Source: Octopus sinensis (Eukaryota). From it: a stretch of DNA of 64,000 bases. The DNA lies in NCBI RefSeq assembly GCF_006345805.1, contig NC_042999.1, positions 104,780,001 to 104,844,000 of the forward strand, read 5' to 3'. The notes below the pieces were generated by a model, which saw nothing but the letters and a program-made list of their open reading frames with translations, did not search any database and was not told the DNA's origin. Shown here one piece after another: positions 1 through 12,604 of the stretch; positions within the stretch are counted from its first letter, which is position 1, and every line of letters starts with the position of its first letter. The translations under genes and the position numbers were made by a program.

Positions 1-905
1 ATCGATTACGGTCAAACCTGGAAGAGATGGTCTCCTTCATGTCTAAAATGTGCAAAATATGTCGAATGTGGTACCCTTGATAACCCGTCAATGACCTGGG
101 AACCCACAGAATAACATGTAGGGGTTTGTTGCATTTAGAAATGTTATATAGTTTCATGTGTGTATGTATTTATTGTGTATTGATATAGCTTTCTATCCAT
201 TCACTTCTCTCACTCTTACTTTCTCGTTTTCTCTCAGTATATCTCTACACATGAATACAATCACAAGCGTATACGCATACATATATGCTTGTATGTATGT
301 CTGTACAATATTTTGTTGTTGGAGTATAGCTGAGGATAACATTGAAGAAAGATACTTCAACAATTTGTACGCTTTTATTATTTGAGACAATCAGTTGTGA
401 TATACTACACTTAGCAGGTCGAGTGACCATGTAGAGGTCTATTCGTTGGCTTGTATGAATGGAAGTACTGGATGACAGACTAGGCGTTGCTGACAACATA
501 TGTACGACCTATTTGATGGGAACTAAGAACCTATCAAAGAGAACAACGGGGTTAATGTGATACAAATGGAGAAGAACAATAATAGCTGGTCGATTGGTAT
601 ATTTTTAGTTGTACTAAATTCGGTGGCAGGAAAGGGCGTGTCTCTTTAGTATAATGTCTGAGGCGGTCGAATTCTTCACTTTATGTAGGCGAATTTTTAA
701 TTGTTTCTCTTAGATATGATAATTGGTGTAAAGTTTAGTCTAATGTAAGATGACACTTCTAGGGTTGTTGGGGACTACAAATAGAATATTTCTGTGTCGT
801 CCGTTACATGTGAGGAATTATTAGAGATTAGGAGGCCCTTGGCGTGGTTACTGCATGATTTACTTACTTTTTCGGGTATTCGTGTTTCAGGAAGAGTATG
901 ATTAA

Positions 906-963
906 CTATATTACGAGTGTGCATGTGTGAGTATGCATGTATGTATGTATATTATATACACAC

Positions 964-1008
<45 letters not shown>

Positions 1009-1078
1009 TATATATATATGCATACATACATGCATACACCAATATACGTATATATATACATACATATATATATATATA

Positions 1079-1146
<68 letters not shown>

Positions 1147-1260
1147 CATATATACATATATATACATATATATATATATATACATATATATATACATATA
1201 TATATTATAATATAAATAATATATATATATATATAATATATATATATATTATATACATAT
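906..1260. repeat. (TA)n / (TG)-(CA) compound microsatellite
   Basis: Direct reading; explains the YIYI-type ORFs at 906-1215. Confidence 0.95.
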
Positions 1261-1640
1261 ATGGGTACAGGAAGTCACCAATAGTAAACAACATAAAATA
1301 CGAAAGCAAATTAGTTAAAGACGCAAATAACGAAAGAAAAGGACAAGTAATACAAAGAATGACCCTTCAGAAGTTGTCGGCTGTCTATCTACTCTCCATT
1401 TCAAGCAATCAACACAATATGAGTCTCCGAAGCCAGTTGCTCCCCATGAATATCAATGAATCTAGAACACATTACCCACCAAGGAAGGTTATAATGTAGA
1501 CATTGGTACAGAATTTGGCACCACATGTGTATCCAGGAGTCGTGATCTAGATGCAGTCTGGCCTCTACAGTGTAAGGGCCGAAACACTTGCATTAGGGGT
1601 ACTTCTTATCTGTAAACCTGCTGTTCGAATCTTCTTAGAG
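1261..1640. mobile_element. Dispersed repeat fragment, possibly a Penelope-like terminal region
   Basis: About 1340-1410 (ggacaagtaatacaaagaatgacccttcagaagttgtcggctgtctatctactc) is the reverse complement of 8560-8620. A GGCC...GGCC-GAAAC hairpin lies near 1560-1585. The PLE assignment is inference. Confidence 0.4.
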
Positions 1641-1659
1641 TTTGTTACTAGTATAGATA

Positions 1660-1720
<61 letters not shown>

Positions 1721-3027
1721 ATACACTACGGACTTAATATACATTGGTAAATTAACTTATAATGAATGCTCGATTCACTAGAATTAACATTAATAATGAA
1801 AATTAAATGGGAGTTGTAGTAATAAGATAATGCGTTTGGAGCGTCCTCCTGTGTTAATGTATGTACCCTTAGAGGACGTATTTTCTAGAAATGCTTAGTG
1901 AGAATTTCTTTCGACTAGTTCCGCTTGTATTGAGACGATAATTTGGCACTTTTGAGAGAAGCGAACAGCCTACACTTGATAGGTTCAGGAGGGACGAAAT
2001 CTATGCTCTTAATTCTCTTGTGCCCAAAGTCACAACAAACAGTAAATTGGAAGTGCTCAACTTAACGGAAGTGACATTAAACCAATCTGAATTGTTCCTA
2101 AAATATGGTCGCAATAATTGAAACCATTTAAAAATAAAGAATATATTATATTTTATATGCATACAGTCTGAGCGGGTTCAGGTTGCGTGTGTGATATCAG
2201 ATTGAAGTCTTCAGACTATATAGGTCTATTAAATATCTATATAATATTCTGTATACAGTTTTCCAGAAATACTTATAATGAAAATCAGAGCTAGATACAT
2301 CAGTGTATGCGGATGAAGAAATGTTTGTGAAATTCAAGTGTTTTCTTTCATAGAATTATGAAAAAAATATTCAGAAAGGAAATATTTAAAACTTTCTGTT
2401 ATCTGAATGCATGATTTATCTAAAAATTATCTACGCGATAAATCGTCAGTATAATGAATAAATATATCGAAGTTTCATCTAATTAATTAAGATATGTTTA
2501 TTTACTTCACGTCTAGAAGTGAAGTATTTGTAATAAATATTCGCGTCCAATCTAGATAACGTTTTACGGGGTATGTCTGTCTACGTAATAATATTCTATA
2601 AGTTATGTCTACTATGAGTAACTAGTTTAGAGAAGGTGTAAACTATCTACCACCATTTCTGGCTGTGTGCACCTAGACAATGGTTTCATGCTATTAAAAT
2701 CTAGCCTGTACCTGTGTAAAGAGAAAGGATCAATTTAATGTTGATAGTATGTGAATGGTTAACATACCTAGAAGCAGTATCTGTTTTCTTAACAACGAAA
2801 GACCATGTTTCAGTGATCGAAATTTAGCTGTGCTCGTCGTCGTAGACAGGAGGAAAAAATATTTACATACTGTATATATTCAATTAGTACGATTCTATTT
2901 TAGTCAGCTATTCAGATTTAAGAGAAATTTTAAAGTAGATTTCCATTGCTATTTTCAATCACAGGAGTAGAGATAATTAATTTTGCAGTGAAACTCGCGC
3001 GAAGACGGGGAATAAGCAACATAAATA

Positions 3028-3029
<2 letters not shown>

Positions 3030-3058
<29 letters not shown>

Positions 3059-3060
3059 TA

Positions 3061-3093
<33 letters not shown>
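3030..3093. repeat. (TAA)n microsatellite
   Basis: Direct reading. Confidence 0.95.
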
Positions 3094-3096
<3 letters not shown>

Positions 3097-3603
3097 AACA
3101 ACTTAGCAGAAACGCCTGAAAAAAAGCATAAAGGAAACAAAATAAGTGAGAACAAATGAAAATCGTAACCAAAAATATAACTAGAGAAAGACATTAAGAA
3201 TATATAAACGGAATGAAAGAGAAAATAGAAAAATAAAATGAAATGTTAGATTTGATGAATGAGGTAGGGTTATTTTACTTGTAAGTAAATGACAGCTTTA
3301 TTGAAGAATGCGGTAGAGTTTTGTCGGGCGAACATTTCATTGGTCCACATTACTGTCACTTTGGATTGATCTCTGGATGAAAAGATGGCTTACAGTCTGT
3401 GTATTCATTTTTCGAGTTAGTTACGTGAATTCCTGAGATGGTGATAAATCTACTCATATATTCCAACATTGCCATGAAATACACCTTTCAACACCTCACC
3501 ACACCATCAACAACGCCACCATTAACTTCACTAACACGCCATAATAGACATACACACACCACATGGTGGATATATTTTTCTCTACATCACCCTACTTATA
3601 TAC

Positions 3604-3682
<79 letters not shown>

Positions 3683-3698
3683 CATGTATATATATATA

Positions 3699-3732
<34 letters not shown>

Positions 3733-3829
3733 TTCATGTAGGATAAAATTTTTTCGAAAAAACAATTATCAATGACCAGCATATTAAAAATACCTTTAAG
3801 GGTTAAATTTATAAACAAACGAGAAAATT

Positions 3830-6400
3830 TATATATATATATATGTGTATGTATAGGGATATATATATAGGGGTGTGATTTAGTGTATGTAGTTAGATAT
3901 GGTTATATATAATTAGGTATATGTGTATGGGTGTATATATAGTTTATTATTATATTATTATTACTTTTTTGTTTTGTTTTATATTTTATATTTTATATTT
4001 TATATTTTATATTTAATTGTTGATAGGTTTATTTTAGTTTATATATTGTTTATATATTGATTATATATGGATTAGTGTTGGTTTGCCACGTGGATATAGT
4101 TTTAGTTCCATTTATTCTATTTCTCCATTCATAATTTTAAATGACGTTTACTTTCCATGGCGCGTATTCTTTTTTTACATAAGTATATTTCTATGGTAAC
4201 GTAATTTTGGTTTGGTTTTTTAACGGCTAAGAATTTATTTCACTTCATAATTTGAAACTGACTTGTAAGTATGTATTTTATTTCTCCTTATGTCATATTG
4301 TTTTTTGATATTCTGGTTAATTACGATTATTTTAATGTTTTTTTTATTGGAGTTTTTATGTATATGAGATTGTGTGTGAGTTTTTAGTTGTATAATTTAT
4401 TTATCTGTATGAGTGTGGGTGTGTAAATATTGTTGTATATATCGAGTTTAGTGAGTATGTATATGCGTATGTGAGGGAGTATATGTATCTGTTGTGTGGT
4501 GTGTGTTTTGCGTGTGTGTGTGTTTGTGTGGGAATGTGTATATGGGTTTGTTATTTAGGTTTTGGGATGTATGTGTTAATTTGTCTGTGTGGGGAGGAGT
4601 GGGTTTTTGGTGTATATTGAGGTTTATAAGTTAGTATAGGTATGTGTATAAGTCGTGGGTCTGTGGTTTACGTGTGTGTTTTTTTTTGTGTGAATGTTAG
4701 GTTAGGGGGATGCTATATAGGTTTGTTATAGAGTTTAGCAAAGGGAGATTTTATCGTTATATGTTTTTAGAGTTTTGGTTTATCATGGTTTTCTTTAGGG
4801 AATTCGTGGTAATTTGTCTATTTTCGATGTTGGTTGTTTTATTACATTGTTTCATTCATAATTTTTGAGTGGTGTTCGTTTTGCCACGTGAATATTATTT
4901 TTAATTCCATTTCATTCCATTTCTCCATTCATAATTTTAAAAGATGTTCGTTTCCAGAGCGGTTATACTTTTATACATATTTTAGTTTCCCTGGTAAAGT
5001 AATTTTGTTTGGTGTATGTTGAGCTTATATGTACTTGTGGGAGTGTGTGAGTGGGGTGGGTGTTTGTATTTGTTATGGGTGTGTGTTTACGTGTGTGTAT
5101 TGTGTGTGTGAATGTATAGGTTAAGGGATTGCTATATAAGTATGTTATAGTGTTTAGTAAAGGGAGGTTTTATCATTTATGTTTTGTGAGTTTTAGCTTA
5201 TCATGGTAGTTTTATAATAATAATAATAATAATAATTGTGTACAGTGCTCAGGTGCACTACAACTCATCTAAAGTGTATATATAAAAGAATCCATTCATA
5301 ATTTTTGTGTTTATTTGTCTGTGTGGGGTTGAGTGGGTTTTTGGAGTATATGTTGAGGTTTATATGTATGTATAGGTATGTGTAAGTGGTGTGGGTATTT
5401 GTATATGTCGTGGGTGTGTGGTTTACGTGTGTGTATTTGTGTGTGAATGTTTAGGTTAGGGGGATTGCTATATAGGTATGTTATAGAGTTTAGTAAAGGG
5501 AGATTTTATCATTATATGTTTTTATGAGTTTTGGTTTATCATGGTAGGTTTGTTAAGGAATTCGTAGTAATTTGTGTCTATTTGCGATGTCCTGTTGTTT
5601 TATTGCATTGTTTCATTCATATTTTTAAGTAGTGTTCGTTTTACCAAGTGAATATAATTTTAATTCCATTTATTCCATTTCTCCGTTCATAATTTTAAGT
5701 GATGTCCGTCGTTTCTAGAGCGTGAATGTGGGTTGTATGTGTGTGTGTGTGGGAGTATGAATAAGTATTGTGTTGAAGTATTTAGCTATTTTACTTATTT
5801 ATAGTTGCCTAGACGTTTTTATGTTTATGTATAGGGATATATATATAGGGTTGTGATTTAGTGTATGTAGTTAGATATGGTTATATACAATTAGGTATAT
5901 GTGTATGGGTGTATATATAGTTTTATTATTTATTATTATTATTTTTTTGTTTTGTTTTATATTTTATATTTTATATTTTAATTTATTGTTGATAGGTTTA
6001 TTTTAGTTTATATATTGTTTATATATTGATTATATATGGATTTATATAGGTTATATATGGATTATATATTTATATTTTTCATTCATACTTTAATTATTTA
6101 AAAATTATTATTTTTATATTTAAATATTGATATTTAGATTGGAAGTCCACCTGAAGATTTTCGATCAAGACAAGAAACAATTGTAGTGGCGGGTTTTTTT
6201 GACTATTTATTAAAATTTTATGTATTGATTAAGTCTTCCTTGTTTGTTTTGCAAAATAGTGGTTTTGTCTCTAATAATTTTTTATAATATTTTACTATAA
6301 AATTGGATTTAATCCTAATCTGATTTTTTCCCTGTAAATTTGTATTTATTCCCTAATATTTATTATTTATTATATATATATATATATATATAGATATATA
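3830..6400. repeat. G/T-skewed block of partial tandem duplications, probably Penelope-like element remnants
   Basis: 3850-4075 recurs at 5825-6050. A 'gccacgtg...ttccatttctccattcataattttaa' block occurs at ~4085, ~4880 and ~5640. A 'gtcgtgggt...tttacgtgtgtgt...gctatatag' block occurs at ~4650, ~5070 and ~5405. A hammerhead fold lies at 6147. Confidence 0.6.
6147..6189 (+). ncRNA. Type I hammerhead ribozyme motif with minimal palindromic stem III
   Basis: CCAC | CTGAAGA | TTTTC-GATCAA-GACAA | GAA | AC-AATT-GT | A | GTGG. Stem I is CCAC/GTGG, the core is intact, stem III is the palindrome ACAATTGT, and the GUA cleavage triplet ends at 6185. Stem II has one mismatch. Confidence 0.7.
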
Positions 6401-6493
6401 ATATGTAGGTCCCGGGTTGATCCGGGGTTAACCCCACAGTAAGTAAGGTACTCAATACATAGCAGAGTAAATTAAAATTTATTATATAGAAGG

Positions 6494-6544
6494 AGCTTCT
6501 ACAGGACTAGAACTGTTTCATTCAAGAGAAATCTTCAGGAAGCT
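6494..6544 (-). ncRNA. Type I hammerhead ribozyme motif, intact core
   Basis: Minus strand reads AGCTTC | CTGAAGA | T-TTC-TCTT-GAA-T | GAA | ACAG-TTCTAGTC-CTGT | A | GAAGCT. Stem I is 6 bp, stem III is 4 bp, the cleavage triplet is GUA, and stem II is weak (3 bp). Confidence 0.7.
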
Positions 6545-6822
6545 AGTTAACAAGAATTGTATTGGCATTTATACATTTAGGCAGGTTTAAAGGGGTGTTG
6601 GTGGGGGACTTTTTGGGGGTAGGCATAGCGCCAACAAATCACACCTGGGGAGCGGTCAAGGAGTCAGTGCTAAATTAGATAGGAGAACAAATAAAAAATA
6701 AAAAATAAAAACAAAAACAAAAATAACAAATAAAAAATACAAATACAAAAAACAAAAAATAAAAAACAGAAAATAGAAAATAAAAAAATATAAAAATATG
6801 TAAAAAAAAAAAAAAAAAACAA

Positions 6823-6866
<44 letters not shown>

Positions 6867-8221
6867 TGCAAGGGGGGGAACAGAGTTCTAGGTAAATAAG
6901 GAATTCTCACTTACACCTCTACACATACACACACATATACACAATCACACACACATAACATATCTACACATACACATACACACGCTCACTTGCATACACG
7001 TATACACACATGCACACATACACACACGACCACACACACATACACACACAGAAAAATATATATATACACATACACACACATCCACTCACATACACGCATA
7101 CACACACATGCACACACAGCACACCAGTCCCCACATACACACACACACACACACACATATACACCCACACACACACATACATACACACACATATACATAC
7201 ATACACACACATATACACATATATATGTATATATATATGTATATATATATATATGTGTATATGTATGTGTATGTATGCACATACACGTGTATGTATGTGT
7301 ATGTGTGGGTGCATATATATGTGTGTACGCGCACATATGTGTATATAGGGACCAGTGTGCGGTGTGCATGTGTGTGTATGGATTTGTGTGTGTATGCGTG
7401 TATGTGAGTAGATGTGTGTGCATGTGCACATATATTTTCCTCTGTGTGCACATGTATGTGTGGTCGCGTGTGCACATATACATGTGTGTACACGTGCATG
7501 CAAGTGAGTGTGTGTATGTATACATATATATGTGTATGTGTAGATATGTATATGTATGTGTGATTGCACATATATGCGTGTATGTGCAGAGGTACAAATG
7601 AGAATCTCCCCACTCACCCCTGGTGTGCTGTGTGTGCATGTGTGTGTATGCGTGTATGTGAGTGGATGTGTGTGTATGTGTATATATATATTTTTCTGTG
7701 TGTGTATGTGTGTGTGGTCGTGTGTGTATGTGTGCATGTGTGTATACGTGTATGCAAGTGAGTGTGTGTATGTGTATGTGTATATGTATATGTGTGTGTG
7801 ATTGTGTATATGTGTGTGTATGTGTAGAGGTGTAAGTGAGAATCTCCTATTTACCTAGAACTCGTTCCCTCCCCCCTTTATGCATATATATATATATATA
7901 TATATTAATATATATATATATATTTTTTTTTTTATTTTATTTTATTTTTTTTTTTTTTTTTTTACATATTTTTATATTTTTTTATTTCTATTTTCTGTTT
8001 TTTATTTTTTGTTTTTTTGTATTTTGTATTTTTATTTGTTATTTTTTGTTTTTTGTTTTTATTTTTTATTTTTTATTGTTCTCCTATCTAATTTAGCACT
8101 GACTCCTTGACCGCTCCCCCAGGTGTGATTTTTGCGCTATGCCTACCCCCAAAAAGTCCCCACCAACACCCCTTTAAACCTGCCTAAATGTATAAATGCC
8201 AATACAAATTTTTGTTTAACT

Positions 8222-8272
8222 AGCTTCCTGAAAATTTCTCTTGAATGAAACAGTTCTAGTCCTGTAGAAGCT
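8222..8272 (+). ncRNA. Mirror copy of the 6494-6544 hammerhead with core G8A (CTGAAAA), probably inactive
   Basis: AGCTTC CTGAAAA TTTCTCTTGAAT GAA ACAG TTCTAGTC CTGT A GAAGCT. Confidence 0.6.
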
Positions 8273-8358
8273 CCTTCTATATAATAAATAAATATATAGA
8301 TATAATAGATATACATATATTATATAATACATATATATATAGATATATATATATATAC

Positions 8359-8394
<36 letters not shown>

Positions 8395-8709
8395 TTATAC
8401 ATATCATAATACATACATACATATATATATTTATACATATTAATATATATATACACATACATACATGCATATATATATTATATATATATATTATATATAT
8501 ATATGTAGTTATATACATCTATCTATCTACACACACACACACAATATATATATGCTCGAAATGAGAAGTAGATAGGCAGCCGACTACTGATGAAGGGACG
8601 TTCTTTATGTTAGTTGTCCTGTTTTCCATTTGTTTTTCTCGTTGTTTGCTTATTCAACTCATTTGTTTTCGTATTTACTGTACGTAACGTTCTGTACACA
8701 TGTATGCAG

Positions 8710-8846
8710 ATACATACATACATGCATACATACATACGTGCATGCATACATACATACATACATACATACATACATACATACATACATACATACATACATA
8801 CATGCATGCATGCATGCATGCATACATACATACATACATACATACA

Positions 8847-8877
<31 letters not shown>

Positions 8878-8880
8878 GTA
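8710..8880. repeat. (TACA)n/(TGCA)n tetranucleotide repeat
   Basis: Direct reading. Confidence 0.95.
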
Positions 8881-8944
8881 TTACTTATATTATTATTTGA
8901 TTGAAAGTCATTTCGAAGTATATATATATCTATATATATAATCT

Positions 8945-11870
8945 TACTTTAGTTTCAGCTCAGAGCTGTGGCCATGATGGGATGCTGCCGTTTTGCTACA
9001 CTATTATTATTGAGAGCCCTCTTCTAATTTGTGGCACTTGGTGAAGAATGGAGTTTGATGTAGCTACCTCCAAATGAACCTCTTGCCATAAGGTAAGTTC
9101 ATCTGGGACTCACGACAGGAAGAGGTTCAGTTTTTACTTGAAAACAACTACATCCACTTTGTGTAGGTGCCTCAGGCTTCTCGGATGAATATTAAAAAGC
9201 TGTGGGCACCTGAAACCCAGGCTCTAACTGGTCCTGAAGTGCGATGGCATTGCTAGGATCTTTGGCACTACGCAGTGTCGATCTGTTCTGGCATTGGTGT
9301 AGCTTTCAATGCCAAAATTTAGCACAATTCCTTCCAGGATCTTCTAGATGTATATTACTGAATACCTCTCCCGTTTTCGCTCCAGGAAGTAGAGTCTTAG
9401 CTGTTTCAGCCTTTCCCAGTAGCTAAGCTTTTGCAATGAGAGAATCTTCTTTCTGAAGCTTCGCTAGATAGCTTCAAGGTCACCTGTTAATTTTACACTG
9501 TTGGTTGACCATAGCTGGGAGCAGTGATCCAGGCGGCTGAGGACGAATATCCTACTGAGGACCATCATGGATTCATTTTCTCTGGTTCTGGACGTTCTCA
9601 GGATCCATACAGCCAGTCGTCTGCACTTTGTCGCTATCTTGGTAATGTGCACTTGGAAAGAGGTATCATCACTCATGTCGATACCCAGGTCCCTCACTGG
9701 TAGCACAGGGCTTGGAATCTTTCAGCATTAAACTGCATATTATTATCCTCAGCCCATCTGTAAATAGAGTCCAACTCCTGCGGCAAGTGTGCAACATCGC
9801 TGGAGCCCTGAATTTTCTGAGAGATTTTCATATCGTCTGCGTAGCTAGCAAAGTGTGGCTATCCTGGCAATTGAGAGCATATCTGAGAGAGCCACTATGA
9901 AGAGCAGGGGTCCCAAGACAGTGCCCTGTTGAACACCGCCCACTAATTGTGTTTTCATTGAGGTGAGTCCATTGGCCACTACTGACTGACTTCTATCTTT
10001 CAGAAAGTCATGTAACCACGCTCCAAGTTTTCCAGCTATGCCAAGATCACACAATTTGTGACATATCATACCATGATCCACTTTATCGAAAGCTTTTGCA
10101 ACATCAAGTTATATTACATCCACATTTGAGTTGTTGAGTAACTGCCTCAACATCTATTCATAGTGCTGTAAGAGCTGGATCAGGCAGCTCCTATCTGGTT
10201 GAAAGCCATGCTAGGTATCTCTCAACAAGTTATTTTCTTCAAGGAATGCGATTAGTTTCCCTCTGACTATTCCTTCCATGACTTTGTTGATGTGTGAAGT
10301 CAGAGAGAGAGGACTATAGCTTTTAGCATCTGCTCTGCTTCCCTCTTTATGGATTGATCTTATTATTCCCTCCTTCAGCTTGCTTGGCAGCCTGCCATTT
10401 GCAATAAAGCTCTGGAAGAAAATCTGTAGAGGTTTGGCCAATGCACGCTTACATGATTTGAGGAGGATTGCTGGGAAACCATCTGGACCAGCAGTTGAGT
10501 TTGCGTCCACCTCATCTATGGCAAGTAGTATATCTTCTTCGTTAATGTGGATGTATTCCATCGTATCTGCCTCGCTGGTTATAGGTGAGAGGACAAAGAA
10601 ATCCACTGATTCGTTTACTTGTCTGTATTCCAACGGGGTGGTAAATACACTTTTGAACTGGTCATTCAGTACCTCAGTGTTCTTGGTTGGACTACCTGTG
10701 AGGTAGCCATCCATTTGGAAGAGTGGTCCTATCTTGCAGCGTACTGAGGCTGTTTCTTTCACATAATGAAAGAAGGCCTTTGGGATTGACTTAATGTTTT
10801 TTTTATAAACAAGGCTCCTTTGTCTGCTCTCTTCCTCACATAGGATTGTTGCAGGCTTTTTTCATTCTTCATCTGTGTTGTTTTTAGGTAGGACCTTTCG
10901 CCACTTTTGAAATGCCGGTTGAAGCGATTTTCAACCTTCGTCCGTCGTCTCATGAAGATCTTTCTTTCCTTTGGAATCTTGTTCCTTTTTGTGTTGGCCT
11001 TGTGCTCTTAGATGTATTTTTGGCATATGGTTTGCATAACAGACATGAAATATTCTAGTTTCATGCCAATGTCTGGTGTGGAGAGACATTTCGGCCAGTC
11101 CTGTCTGAGGATCTCTTTTTGGATCGATTTCTAGTCTGCTCTGTGGAAGTTCAGATTGGAGAGATTTTGTGTGCTCCCTTTAGCCTGTATGTCTCTGGCT
11201 ACCTTTGGTCCATGCATAGACAGCTCTATTATGTTGTGATCCGAAACTAATGTCGGCGTCACTTTCACATCACGAACGATGTCCGTATTGTTTGTGAAGC
11301 AGAGACCCAAAATGTTATTCGCCGTAGTTGGTCTGAGTACAACTTGCTCCATGACTAGGGCATTGGTGAGGGAGATTGAACAAGGACTCTGCCTGTGCTT
11401 GTTTGCAATGCCTGTGCTTGTTTGCAATTCCTGAGAGCATGACGCCTTCAGGCCATTTGGCATTGGGCAAGTTGAAATCTGCCATACGAAATACGCTCAC
11501 GTCGTGTTCCAGTTTCATGAGGATCTCTTTAATTCTTGTGAAGCAATCTTCAAAGTTGCCTATGTGGTTTGGAGCATCCGATGGGCGATATGTATTGCAT
11601 ATGAGTATATTGTGTCGTCTTATGTATAGAATTAGAGTGTCACATACTGAATTTGAGTGTGACAGTAAGACCTGGGATGTGAGGTCATCACGGATGTATA
11701 CAGCAACTCCACCATGGCTCCTTACCTTTCTCTGTCTGTTCGCCGTATGGTATATTTTGGTATGTGTATTTCTCCATCATGTATATCAGGGCTCAGATGA
11801 GTTTCCACGAGTGCTATGTATAGGGCTTAATTGCAAGCAGAAAGGTCTCTCAGGAAAAAAAAAACTTTGC
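8945..11870 (-). mobile_element. CR1/L2-group non-LTR retrotransposon, disabled ORF2 (APE endonuclease plus RT)
   Basis: APE motifs IALVETHLSPD (~11790-11820), MADFNLP and PTTANNILGLCFTN...SDH. RT motifs GPDGFPAILLK, SYSPLSLTSHINKVME, GVQQGTVLGPLLF and LDHCSQLWS. Multiple stops and frameshifts; 3' tail stem-loop at 8956-8968. Confidence 0.85.
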
Positions 11871-12562
11871 TTTTGTGTTGAAAGATATATACATATGTAT
11901 ATGTATATACCTTTTACCGCATAATTCTACGAGGAGGTGATGAAACGTTCCTCGCTTTAAGCGTATCAGGAAAGGCTTGCCTGGAGGCCCAAAGTTCCTG
12001 GTCTATTACAGCGCTTATAAAAACTGAAGGACCGCTGCAATAACTGTGTGAATCTCGGAGGTGTATATGTTGGATAAAATCATAATTAACTGATCCGTCT
12101 ACATTTTCTTTTACCCAAACCCATGAACTTTTCGCACAAGCACACGCACGTAGATACACACTTATAGTTTATATCGAAACAAAATTCCTAGTATTTTATA
12201 TAACATGTCAAATGCTAAGAAGTTCGTAATGAAGGATCAGTTTATTTGCATGAAGTCGATACACCTATGAAGTCGCCTTGCATCGCGTGTATATTTCATA
12301 ATTCGATTGTGTTCCAAGTGAAGAGGTCTGGAGATATGATTAAATAATAAACACGGTATTTTATTTTATTACATATGCATTGCAAGAATATTGTTTATGG
12401 GATATAAAAGAAAACACGTTCTTTTTACTAAGACGATCGTAACATCGATTTCAATTTCTGTTTTCCTCAATTAAATTATTATTATTATTATTGTTATCAT
12501 TATATATGTGCGTGCGTGCATGCTTGAGTGAATATATATATTATATATATATATATATATTA

Positions 12563-12595
<33 letters not shown>

Positions 12596-12604
12596 GACAT
12601 ATTT

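Larger units (their letters stand above)
6474..8290. repeat. ~1.8-kb fold-back (inverted repeat, arms ~650 bp)
   Basis: 6474-7126 is nearly the exact reverse complement of 7620-8290, including unique GC-rich sequence (gtcaaggagtcagtgctaaattagataggagaac / gttctcctatctaatttagcactgactccttgac). The spacer holds a diverged copy (7351-7610) of the inner right arm. Confidence 0.9.

Noticed and set aside
1555-1600. GGCC-loop-GGCC-GAAAC hairpin, and a similar GTTC/GGAC-GAAAT at ~1975-2003, as hammerheads
   Set aside because: The CUGANGA core and stems I and III cannot be assembled; at most heavily decayed remnants.
6590-6625. G-run cluster as a G-quadruplex
   Set aside because: Only three runs of three or more G plus GG; weak and unsupported.
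8548-8625. CTGATGAAGGG as a hammerhead core
   Set aside because: No downstream GAAA, and the upstream GAAA does not give credible stems for a type II or III permutation.
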